A DNA stretch of 18,076 nt from a virus (IMGVR_UViG_2731957842_000001:1-18076); one strand, 5' to 3'; numbered from the stretch's first letter, positions 7,465 to 16,323 are shown. A program made the numbers and translations. Notes: a model not told the origin generated them from the sequence alone.

Positions 7465-8538
7465 TTACGCTCCCGGCTCTGCGGTCGCCCTGGCCGGTGT
7501 GGAGAAATCACCGACCTTAATTTTTTCCACCAGACAACCGGCGGCGTAGTCTTCCACCACGTAATCAATGTTCATTGACTCGTAGTTCTCCACGCGGTCG
7601 AGTTTCGGGTTTTCCACAATCACGCGGCGATGGCTGTCATCCATGTAGTAGATGGACAGGTTTTCCAGCTTCGTGATGAGCATCGCATCCGCCGGGAAGT
7701 ACGGGACACGTACCGCCGGCAGGTTACCGATGCGTTTCTGGCTGATGATGACGTCAGCGGCCAGCATTTCGCTGTTGTCCTGCTCCTTGTTGACGATGGG
7801 GAAATACTTGTCCGCCAGTAGCTGACGCCCCACAATCACCACAAGGTCAGGGTCTTCCTGATACCACGGCTCAATCAGGTTGTTGGTCGCATCCATCACC
7901 AGTGCATCGAGGCTGGCATAATCACCGCCCTTACCCACGCGGATGACCTCAGAGGTCGTGTGACCTTCCTCGTCAGTAACCTTGCTCATCACGCGCGCCG
8001 GGGCTTCATTGCGGTATTTCTGCAGCCAGCCGACCGCCACATCCTGCAGCATCGGGTTACTGCTGCGGTCAGAGGTTTCGGCACGCTTCACGCCGTTAAA
8101 ACCGGCCATGATGAAATCAAGGGACTGGCGTTTGATAATGGCGTTACGGACACGGAGCTGGAAATCCTGATAACGCGCCCACAGGTCCAGCGTTTTGTAG
8201 CGGATATAAAAATCGAAGTTAATCTGGTCGCATTCGTACTTGTTTGACGCCAGCTTCGAGAAGTCCTTCGGCTGGCGCTCGGTGCCACCGGCGGTGTCGG
8301 TGGTGCTGGCGATGGAGCCGGTGACACCGATGCCAATTTTTTCCCCTTTCATTTCGCTGACCGGCACAATGTTGATGCGGGTCAGAAAGTCAGAGGACTC
8401 CTGCATGGTGTTCATCAGGGTCTGGGTGACCGACGGTTCAACGGTGAATTTTTTCGACACATCACCGGCGTCGATGCCGTTCAGTTCGGCAACACGGGAC
8501 AGGTAAGCATTAAATTTAAAGCGGGTTTCCTGGCGCAT
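7465..8538 (-). CDS. N: Major capsid protein
   Basis: 357-aa ORF MRQETRFKFNAYLSRVAELNGIDAGDVSKKFTVEPSVTQTLMNTMQESSDF...; length and sequence match recalled P2 gpN. Confidence 0.9.
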   Translation of the reverse strand: MRQETRFKFNAYLSRVAELNGIDAGDVSKKFTVEPSVTQTLMNTMQESSDFLTRINIVPVSEMKGEKIGIGVTGSIASTTDTAGGTERQPKDFSKLASNKYECDQINFDFYIRYKTLDLWARYQDFQLRVRNAIIKRQSLDFIMAGFNGVKRAETSDRSSNPMLQDVAVGWLQKYRNEAPARVMSKVTDEEGHTTSEVIRVGKGGDYASLDALVMDATNNLIEPWYQEDPDLVVIVGRQLLADKYFPIVNKEQDNSEMLAADVIISQKRIGNLPAVRVPYFPADAMLITKLENLSIYYMDDSHRRVIVENPKLDRVENYESMNIDYVVEDYAAGCLVEKIKVGDFSTPARATAEPGA

Positions 8539-8596
8539 AGTTTTTCCTGAAATTAAGGGTTAATCGTGAAGGTTTTCCCGGACTGACTGACGCCGG

Positions 8597-9451
8597 TCAG
8601 CAGTTCGTCATCAGGGCGTCACCGCCACCACCGGTGGCCTTGCTGCGGCGCTGCTGGGTCAGACTTTCGGTGTGGTCGAGACTGTTTTTCAGGCGGGTGA
8701 ATGCCTGGCTGGTTTCATCCGCCCTGTCAGTCACCTCCTGCTTAAGTGCGGAAAAGGCGGTTTCCATCTCAGCGAGGCGCTGCTCAGTGGCGCTCAGTTT
8801 TTCCTGCACATGTTCAGCAACAGCGGTCACCGCTTCATGCACATCATTCAGACGGGCGTCATCGCTGGCCTGTTTGCGGCCAAAAATGGATTTCACCTTT
8901 TCGGTCAGGGCGGTGAACACGGTTTCAGGCAGGTCTTCAAATTCCAGCTCAACGGGCGTTGCCACTGAAATCAGGTTTTCAGGGCTTAATTTGAAGCGGT
9001 TCAGAGGGTTGTGTTTTGCCGTGCGGCAGAATTCCAGGTATTCCGTGCCGAGGCTTGCCGGGTCATCGGTGACGGCCAGCCCCACCAGATAACATTTGCC
9101 GGTGTTGGCAAAGTTCGGCTGAATTTCCATTGAGGTGTAGACCTTCTGCGCGGCCTTGTTCATCGCGATAAGGTCATCGGTCGGGGTGATTTTCGCAAAC
9201 AGCGCCCATTTGCCTTTCAGCGCCGAATCGTCATCAATCTTTTCGGCCTTCAGTTCGACCACATCGCCATAACGTTTAAAAATACCGTCAGGCAGGATGC
9301 CGCGCAGATGTTCCAGGTTAATGCGGCAACCGTAGACACGCGGGTCAAAGGTTTCGGCCATTTCCTGAATATCCTGCGCACTGATGACACGCCCGTCACA
9401 GGTGTCACCCTCAACGCCGATACGAAAGAATTTTGAGACTTTTTTTGCCAT
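8597..9451 (-). CDS. O: Capsid scaffolding protein
   Basis: 284-aa product from the internal ATG at 9451 (MAKKVSKFFRIGVEGDTCDGRVISAQDIQEMAETFDP...); the track ORF starts further upstream. Confidence 0.85.
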   Translation of the reverse strand: MAKKVSKFFRIGVEGDTCDGRVISAQDIQEMAETFDPRVYGCRINLEHLRGILPDGIFKRYGDVVELKAEKIDDDSALKGKWALFAKITPTDDLIAMNKAAQKVYTSMEIQPNFANTGKCYLVGLAVTDDPASLGTEYLEFCRTAKHNPLNRFKLSPENLISVATPVELEFEDLPETVFTALTEKVKSIFGRKQASDDARLNDVHEAVTAVAEHVQEKLSATEQRLAEMETAFSALKQEVTDRADETSQAFTRLKNSLDHTESLTQQRRSKATGGGGDALMTNC

Positions 9452-9624
9452 TGTCAGGAGTCCTGAATAGTGATTAGAGGAGTCACATGTCGGCATCAGT
9501 TTCCCGACGATGCGCATCCTCCGCCATCAGTCCCGGATGGCTTATCACTGACACAACAGCACCTTAGCGAATCGCGGGGCGCGACTCAGTAGCCTTGCCG
9601 TGTATTCATCACGGCGAGGTATTC
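9452..9624. promoter_or_regulatory. Divergent late-promoter region between O (leftward) and P-Q (rightward)
   Basis: 173-bp intergenic region flanked by divergent operon starts. It contains the inverted repeat GTCGG-N10-CCGAC at 9489-9508, loosely like the TGT-N12-ACA element of Ogr-dependent P2 late promoters. No -10/-35 could be pinned down by eye. Confidence 0.35.
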
Positions 9625-11397
9625 ATGACCATCACCACAGACACCACTCTTTTACACGACCCGCGTCGTCAGGCGGCGCTGCTGTACTGGCAGGGGTTTT
9701 CCGTGCCGCAGATTGCCGCCATGTTGCAGATGAAACGCCCGACGGTGCAGAGCTGGAAACAGCGCGACGGCTGGGACAGCGTTGCCCCCATCAGCCGTGT
9801 CGAAATGAGCCTGGAAGCGCGGCTGACCCAGCTCATCATCAAACCGCAGAAAACCGGCGGTGACTTCAAGGAAATTGACCTGCTGGGACGCCAGATTGAA
9901 CGACTGGCGCGGGTCAACCGCTACAGTCAGACCGGCAACGAGGCAGACCTTAATCCGAACGTCGCTAACCGCAACAAAGGCGGGCGTCGCAAACCGAAAA
10001 AGAATTTTTTCAGTGACGAAGCCATCGAAAAGCTGGAGCAGATTTTCTTTGAGCAGTCTTTCGACTATCAGTTGCACTGGTATCGCGCCGGGCTTGAGCA
10101 CCGCATCCGCGATATACTGAAATCCCGCCAGATTGGCGCAACGTTTTATTTTTCCCGCGAGGCGCTGCTGCGCGCCCTGAAAACCGGCCATAACCAGATT
10201 TTTCTGTCGGCCAGTAAAACGCAGGCGTATGTGTTCCGCGAATACATCATCGCCTTTGCCCGTCTGGTTGACGTTGACCTGACCGGTGACCCGATTGTCC
10301 TGGGCAATAACGGCGCAAAACTAATTTTTCTCGGCACCAACTCCAACACCGCACAGAGCCATAACGGCGACCTGTACGTCGACGAGATTTTCTGGATCCC
10401 GAATTTTCAGGTACTGCGTAAGGTGGCATCAGGTATGGCCTCACAGAGTCACCTGCGTTCGACCTATTTCTCCACCCCGTCCACGCTGGCGCACGACGCC
10501 TACCCGTTCTGGTCAGGTGAACTGTTCAACCGGGGACGCGCCAGCGCCGCCGAACGCGTGGAAATCGACGTCAGTCATAACGCCCTTGCCGGTGGGCTTC
10601 TCTGTGCGGACGGCCAGTGGCGGCAGATTGTCACCATTGAGGACGCCCTGAAAGGTGGCTGCACGCTGTTCGACATTGAGCAGCTCAAACGTGAAAACAG
10701 CGCCGACGATTTTAAAAACCTGTTCATGTGTGAATTTGTTGACGACAAGGCGTCGGTGTTCCCGTTCGAGGAGCTGCAACGCTGCATGGTCGACACGCTG
10801 GAAGAATGGGAAGACTATGCGCCGTTTGCCGCCAATCCGTTCGGCTCCCGCCCGGTATGGATTGGTTACGACCCGTCACACCGTGGCGACAGCGCCGGAT
10901 GCGTGGTGCTGGCACCGCCGGTGGTGGCCGGTGGCAAATTCAGAATACTTGAGCGTCACCAGTGGAAAGGCATGGACTTTGCCACCCAGGCGGAATCCAT
11001 CCGCAAACTCACCGAAAAATATAACGTTGAATACATCGGGATTGATGCCACCGGCCTCGGTGTCGGCGTGTTCCAGCTCGTGCGCTCGTTCTATCCCGCC
11101 GCGCGCGATATCCGCTACACGCCGGAAATGAAAACCGCAATGGTGCTCAAGGCAAAAGACGTTATCCGCCGTGGCTGTCTGGAATATGACGTCAGCGCCA
11201 CCGACATCACCAGCTCGTTCATGGCTATCCGCAAGACCATGACCAGCAGCGGACGCAGCGCCACCTATGAGGCCAGCCGCAGCGAGGAAGCCAGCCACGC
11301 CGACCTCGCCTGGGCAACCATGCACGCCCTGTTAAATGAGCCACTCACCGCCGGTATCAGCACTCCGCTGACATCCACCATTCTGGAGTTTTACTGA
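9625..11397 (+). CDS. P: Terminase large (ATPase) subunit
   Basis: 590-aa product from the ATG at 9625, with GAGG 6 nt upstream; the stop overlaps the Q start (TGATG). Length and sequence match recalled P2 gpP. Confidence 0.9.
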   Translation: MTITTDTTLLHDPRRQAALLYWQGFSVPQIAAMLQMKRPTVQSWKQRDGWDSVAPISRVEMSLEARLTQLIIKPQKTGGDFKEIDLLGRQIERLARVNRYSQTGNEADLNPNVANRNKGGRRKPKKNFFSDEAIEKLEQIFFEQSFDYQLHWYRAGLEHRIRDILKSRQIGATFYFSREALLRALKTGHNQIFLSASKTQAYVFREYIIAFARLVDVDLTGDPIVLGNNGAKLIFLGTNSNTAQSHNGDLYVDEIFWIPNFQVLRKVASGMASQSHLRSTYFSTPSTLAHDAYPFWSGELFNRGRASAAERVEIDVSHNALAGGLLCADGQWRQIVTIEDALKGGCTLFDIEQLKRENSADDFKNLFMCEFVDDKASVFPFEELQRCMVDTLEEWEDYAPFAANPFGSRPVWIGYDPSHRGDSAGCVVLAPPVVAGGKFRILERHQWKGMDFATQAESIRKLTEKYNVEYIGIDATGLGVGVFQLVRSFYPAARDIRYTPEMKTAMVLKAKDVIRRGCLEYDVSATDITSSFMAIRKTMTSSGRSATYEASRSEEASHADLAWATMHALLNEPLTAGISTPLTSTILEFY

Positions 11398-12430
11398 TGA
11401 GCAAGAAAAAAGGGAAAACACCGCGACCTGCGGCAAAAACAATCACCGCCAGCGCCCCGAAAATGGAAGCATTCACCTTTGGCGAGCCGGTGCCGGTACT
11501 CGACCGCCGTGACATTCTGGATTACGTCGAGTGCATCAGTAACGGCAGATGGTATGAGCCGCCGGTCAGCTTTACCGGTCTGGCAAAAAGCCTGCGTGCT
11601 GCCGTGCATCACAGCTCACCGATTTACGTCAAACGTAATATTCTGGCTTCAACGTTTATCCCGCACCCGTGGCTTTCCCAGCAGGATTTCAGCCGCTTTG
11701 TGCTGGATTTTCTGGTGTTCGGTAATGCGTTTCTGGAAAAGCGTTACAGCACCACCGGTAAGGTCATCAGACTGGAAACCTCACCGGCCAAATATACCCG
11801 TCGTGGCGTGGAGGAGGATGTTTACTGGTGGGTGCCGTCCTTCAACGAGCCGACAGCCTTCGCGCCCGGCTCCGTGTTTCATCTGCTGGAGCCTGATATT
11901 AATCAGGAGCTGTACGGCCTGCCGGAATATCTCAGCGCCCTTAACTCTGCCTGGCTGAATGAGTCGGCCACGCTGTTCCGCCGCAAGTATTACGAAAACG
12001 GCGCACATGCCGGATACATCATGTACGTCACCGATGCCGTGCAGGACCGCAACGATATCGAAATGCTTCGCGAAAACATGGTTAAGTCGAAAGGCCGCAA
12101 CAACTTTAAAAACCTGTTTCTCTATGCCCCGCAGGGGAAAGCTGACGGCATTAAAATTATCCCGCTCAGTGAAGTGGCAACGAAGGACGATTTTTTAATA
12201 TCAAAAAAGCCAGTGCCGCAGACCTGCTGGATGCGCACCGCATCCCCTTTCAGTTGATGGGCGGCAAGCCGGAGAACGTCGGGTCGTTGGGTGATATTGA
12301 GAAAGTGGCAAAGGTCTTTGTCCGCAATGAGCTTATCCCGTTACAGGACAGGATCCGCGAGATAAACGGCTGGCTCGGTCAGGAGGTCATCCGCTTTAAA
12401 AACTACTCACTGGACACTGACAACGGCTGA
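11397..12430 (+). CDS. Q: Portal protein, reading frame interrupted by an apparent 1-nt deletion in a T-run at 12191-12196
   Basis: The frame from ATG 11397 reads 266 aa of portal sequence, then ...KDDFLISKKPVPQTCWMRTASPFS to a stop at 12257. The -1 frame from 12197 reads NIKKASAADLLDAHRIPFQLMGGKPENVGSLGDIEKVAKVFVRNELIPLQDRIREINGWLGQEVIRFKNYSLDTDNG to a stop at 12428-12430, just before a terminator. Joined with a T7 run, the product is about 344 aa, as recalled for P2 gpQ. Confidence 0.8.
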
Positions 12431-12435
12431 ACATC

Positions 12436-12457
12436 GCCGCCTGCGGGCGGCTTTTTT
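12436..12457 (+). terminator. Rho-independent terminator after the P-Q operon
   Basis: GCCGCC-TGCG-GGCGGC stem-loop followed by TTTTTT, beginning 6 nt after the Q stop. Confidence 0.6.
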
Positions 12458-12599
12458 ACACCCCGTCATCACGCACTCACACGCTCACCACCGCACAAAA
12501 CACCCCGCAGACACACCAATGCCCCGGCGCACAATCTAAACGCTGTCACGACGCGCTCAGACGCTGAAAAAATAAAATCAGCACCACCGCCAGCGCGCA

Positions 12600-12618
12600 G
12601 TGCTTTCCCCGCCTCGCC
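12600..12618. other. cos cohesive-end sequence of the P2/186 type
   Basis: GTGCTTTCCCCGCCTCGCC is the reverse complement of GGCGAGGCGGGGAAAGCAC, which I recall as the 19-nt P2 cohesive end. It sits just distal to Q, where cos lies in P2. Confidence 0.7.
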
Positions 12619-12742
12619 CGCCCGCTTCATGGGGCGGTTTTAATGCAAATGCATTCTGGTTCCATGCATTTTGATGGCAATAGTATACGCACAAAATTTA
12701 TCGGACATAACGTATGCATTTTCATGCACCGTCATGCCCCCC

Positions 12743-12830
12743 TTGACAATCCCATGATTTTTTAGAGCAAGCTTGCATTCCATACTGTCAAAACACATTA
12801 TATACTTGGGCTTTTTATACAAGGACTTAA
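12743..12830 (+). promoter_or_regulatory. Candidate promoter/RBS region for the ATPase-partner operon
   Basis: TTGACA at 12743-12748 and TATACT at 12801-12806, but their spacing is not canonical; AAGGA Shine-Dalgarno at 12821-12825, 7 nt before the ATG. The exact promoter is unresolved. Confidence 0.3.
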
Positions 12831-12832
12831 AC

Positions 12833-14531
12833 ATGTTAACAAAATTCTCAGGAAAAAATTACAAAGCATTTAAGGATTTCTCGTTCGAGATTAAGCCTAT
12901 AACGGTGTTATTAGGAGCAAATAGCTGTGGAAAAAGCGCACTTATCAATTCACTTTTGATGTTTTCACAAACAGCAGAAACAATAAACATTTCCGAATCA
13001 GCACTAAGATTAAATGGAAATAAGGTTGGCATGGGGGAATCTCTGAATATCATCAGAGAAAAAACCCAAAAACACCTTAAGTTTTTCATTTGAAATATCA
13101 AATCAACAATCCTTGCGATACGACATTCACAAAAGCAAGCGCGATTTTATTGACTTCTATTTTTCACTTGCCAGATATTTGGGACAAGTATTAAAAAGTG
13201 CGGCATCAACAACACCCAGCAGTGATTTGATGAACAATAGTTTTAATGACACATTAAAAACTATTGATAAAATCGAATCAAACTATATGTTTAGAGACAC
13301 TTACAACTCTGCACAACTTAAAGCCATTTCTGATGGTGTTTGCGAATTATTATCAAAATACAGACAACTACCTGAGGATGTTGCAAAAAAATCCCGTCCA
13401 CATCTCGATCGACTAGCAGAGTTTGTTAATATTGTTTCTTTCGAAAACATTCAAAGCAGCTTAATGTCATTAGCATCTCTTAGTGCAAAAAAAATATCCC
13501 CCAAACGAATTGATTATGATTTTTGCTTTGATAAAAAATCAAACCAACTAAAAATAACCGGGTGCGCTTTTCATAATCACTTAGGCGAATGCATCACCAG
13601 CTTGGGTATATCTAAAGGGAAATTCTTTTTACGCTCTGACGTTATTAAAAGAACTCACTTAAGCAAATCCCGAGAAGAGATATCGAAGCTAATCAATTTC
13701 AATTCACTATCCCTTATAGATGAAATTCAAAACGTTAATTTCATTGACAAACACATTGTGTCCCTTGACCCATTCGCTAGTTTATTCTGCAACTATCTTG
13801 AGAAGCTAACAAAAGCATTTATCTCTGAGTTTAATGGTGTAAAAATAAATCATGTCAGCCCATTAAGGGCATTCCCTCAACGCTACTATCTTTTAGACAA
13901 GTCTATACAGCATACTTTTCTTAATGTTCTGGAAGGTAATGAACTGGCTGAGGTGTTAAAGAAAAATCCAGAAATAAAAAATAAAATTAATATTTTACTG
14001 GCAAAGTTCAATCTTGAAGTAGATGTCGTCATGGTTAATGACATCATTCATAAGATCAACATCACCCAAGATTCCATCTCTCTAGAGTTAACAGATGTAG
14101 GTTTTGGCATATCTCAGGTTTTACCTATTTTGGTTCAAGCCTATTTGTCCCCTAAAAATTCCATCACTATTATAGAACAACCAGAAATTCACTTACACCC
14201 CAAAATGCAAGCATGGCTCACTGACGCTTTAATTCACATTGCATTAAAAGAGAAAAAAAGATTTATTATTGAAACTCACAGTGACGCTCTAATCAGAAGA
14301 ATCAGATTGCGTATTGTTGATACTAAATCGAGCCTTACACCAAATGATGTAATGCTTTGCAATCTTGAAAGAAAATCTGAAGATAATGTCACTAGTTTAA
14401 AAGTGATTCCTATTACCGAGGATGGAGATATAACTTGGCCTGCGGATTTTTTAGACATTGAAATTCAAGACACACTTCAAATCCAGAATTTTAAAGTTAA
14501 AAAACATCTTAAAAGTAAAGGTCTGTTATAA
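12833..14531 (+). CDS. SMC/OLD-type ABC ATPase (AAA_15/AAA_21-like), frame interrupted in an A-run at 13059-13064; ~565 aa if bridged
   Basis: N-terminus MLTKFSGKNYKAFKDFSFEIKPITVLLGANSCGKSALINSL carries a Walker A (GANSCGKS). This frame stops at 13093, while a second frame is open from 13047 and continues ...KPKNTLSFSFEISNQ... to 14531. The C-terminal region has a signature-like GFGISQ, Walker B ITIIEQPE and H-loop HLHP, with a long helical insert between. The region is ~30% GC. Its stop is immediately followed by the next gene's ATG. Confidence 0.75.
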
Positions 14532-15533
14532 ATGTTTTACACTCATTGTATAAGCCCTGAATTCATGGGGCTTCACATCAAAAATATGGACACTTTTATT
14601 TCGATTTTTATGGGTGTTTTAATGAATCCGAAGAACCAGATCGTTTTAGATGAGGCAGGAATAATTGAACAACAATATTTATTAAGTCTTAATAACGACA
14701 AATCAGCTTTTTTGCTCTACCAAACTTGGGAGAAAGCCATAAAATCAGACAGTTGCCAAGGTAAACTATTACTTTCTTCTCCCAATATATCATCTTCAAT
14801 ACATGATTATGTAGTTTCAGCTATTTCATGTGCTATAACCACAAACGACAAAACAATATTAACTGCTGATAACAATTTGTACAGCGCGGCTTTACCTGTT
14901 TTATCCAGACAAAGAATTCACTTACTGGGAATAAGTCATCTAACCCCTCAATCATCAGCAAGCATTATAGGTAAACATATGTCTTTTACAAAACTTGATT
15001 ATGATATTGCCTGGTCTCTAGAGAGATTGGTTCGGCTTCATCGAAAAGGGAACACAGAGGATGACTTAAATGACTTACTCCGTGAATACTTGCTTGCGAA
15101 GGAATACGAGATAAAAGACCAAACTCGTGAAGGCATATCTACAAGTGGAAAGAGCGCCGGAGAACTTGATATTATTGTTGAGCACAACTCAAACATGTTT
15201 GCAATACTAGAAGCAATGAAGCTTAGTCAGATAAACAAGGAGTATATCACCATTCATTACAAAAAAATGCTTGTCAATTACAACCCTCTGGACGTAAAGA
15301 GATTATTCCTCATTACTTATTACGATGGAAAAAAATTCGATACTTGGTGGGATAACTACGTTGAATTTGTAAAAAGTATAGACTACACCACATTAAACCC
15401 TGAAGTCGAAAACACAACATTTGTTAACACAGAAAAGATTAACACGAACTTTGGGAATGTAAAAAAAATGCTACACCACGGTCTGGCTAATGGTGAACAA
15501 TTTTCCGTCATACATTATGCAGTAAAACTGTAA
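14532..15533 (+). CDS. Partner protein of the ATPase, function unknown; candidate effector
   Basis: 333-aa ORF starting 1 nt after the ATPase stop (TAA-ATG), with the same low GC. No family recognised by eye. Weak motifs: VLDEAG plus a downstream DYD (possible Toprim/DUF4435-like) and GELDIIVEH...ILEAMK (possible restriction-endonuclease-like). Followed by a strong terminator. Confidence 0.65.
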   Translation: MFYTHCISPEFMGLHIKNMDTFISIFMGVLMNPKNQIVLDEAGIIEQQYLLSLNNDKSAFLLYQTWEKAIKSDSCQGKLLLSSPNISSSIHDYVVSAISCAITTNDKTILTADNNLYSAALPVLSRQRIHLLGISHLTPQSSASIIGKHMSFTKLDYDIAWSLERLVRLHRKGNTEDDLNDLLREYLLAKEYEIKDQTREGISTSGKSAGELDIIVEHNSNMFAILEAMKLSQINKEYITIHYKKMLVNYNPLDVKRLFLITYYDGKKFDTWWDNYVEFVKSIDYTTLNPEVENTTFVNTEKINTNFGNVKKMLHHGLANGEQFSVIHYAVKL

Positions 15534-15540
15534 CTCTTAT

Positions 15541-15569
15541 AACGTGGTGATTGATATCACCACGTTTTT
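15541..15569 (+). terminator. Rho-independent terminator after the two-gene module
   Basis: Perfect 10-bp stem AACGTGGTGA / TCACCACGTT with a 6-nt loop, followed by TTTTT, 8 nt after the partner gene stop. Confidence 0.65.
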
Positions 15570-15834
15570 ATCCTAAAACAAAATAACAGAAGTTTAGTTA
15601 AAACCGCCTTTCAATTCTTTTAGATATATGGTCTACATACCAGAATTATTATTTCAGGTAATCGTCCGCATGATGAGTTCATTGCTATCCATTGCTCTAT
15701 AGTTTCGGCTATCAACATATCGAACAACCTGACCTGTACTCACCAATTTGCATAAAACTGTCACACCCCAAGGTTTTTACCAACACTGAAAATAACACCA
15801 ATCAGATAATTATCTATTTAGATTAACTTAGTTA

Positions 15835-16323
15835 TCATAAATTCCATTCGGATACTGTTGAATAACCAAGCCACTCATCAGCGACCGGATACGTGAATTT
15901 TTTCCCGTCATAATTTACGGTCGCGCCACGCGCCAGCGCCTCAAGCTCCCATCGCTGCGGCCTGATACCGTTCTGAGCAAGGTCAACGCGGATACGGGTG
16001 ATTTGCATTCGTTCCGACCGGGTCAGTCTGGCCGACGGTGCAATTTCATATGGTTTTAACGGGCTTCCGTTTCTTTGCTGACGGTTTTGCGTTCTCCGAC
16101 CGTGTTTTAATGCGCCCCTGAGCGCCCTCACAACCTCCGGGTCATTCCATTCTATAACCCCGTCATCAACCAGATTAAGCACTGCTGCAGCGTGCTCAGA
16201 CGGTGTGGGAGCCTGTAATGAAGTATCACCACCGGTGAGCTTTCCACAGTTATTGACAGGACTCCGAGGCGCGGCGATGCCGCTTTTTAAAGTCAAAGGC
16301 TCAACGACCGGCACTTTCGGCAC
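15835..16323 (-). CDS. Hypothetical protein, likely last gene of the phage early-region operon
   Basis: 162-aa ORF at phage-like GC, transcribed toward cos as P2 early genes are. The start is uncertain: GTG at 16323 with no convincing ATG or Shine-Dalgarno. No family recognised. Confidence 0.45.
   Translation of the reverse strand: MPKVPVVEPLTLKSGIAAPRSPVNNCGKLTGGDTSLQAPTPSEHAAAVLNLVDDGVIEWNDPEVVRALRGALKHGRRTQNRQQRNGSPLKPYEIAPSARLTRSERMQITRIRVDLAQNGIRPQRWELEALARGATVNYDGKKFTYPVADEWLGYSTVSEWNL

Noticed and set aside
12191-12197. Programmed ribosomal frameshift in the portal gene at T TTT TTA
   Set aside because: Portal proteins are not known to need frameshifting, and the downstream frame is simply the conserved portal C-terminus. 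A 1-nt homopolymer indel is the simpler explanation.
12619-12640. Short hairpin CCGC-N8-GCGG followed by TTTT just after cos
   Set aside because: The stem is only 4-5 bp and it overlaps the cos region; too weak to call a terminator.
12640-12834. 64-aa minus-strand ORF in the cos-to-ATPase intergenic region
   Set aside because: It overlaps the probable promoter and operator region, has no Shine-Dalgarno, and is an AT-rich, low-complexity reading frame; probably not a gene.
13113-14531. 472-aa ORF starting at TTG 13113 as an independent gene
   Set aside because: The frame is open upstream to 13047 and continues the ABC ATPase whose Walker A N-terminus is in the 12833 frame; treated as one frame-interrupted gene.
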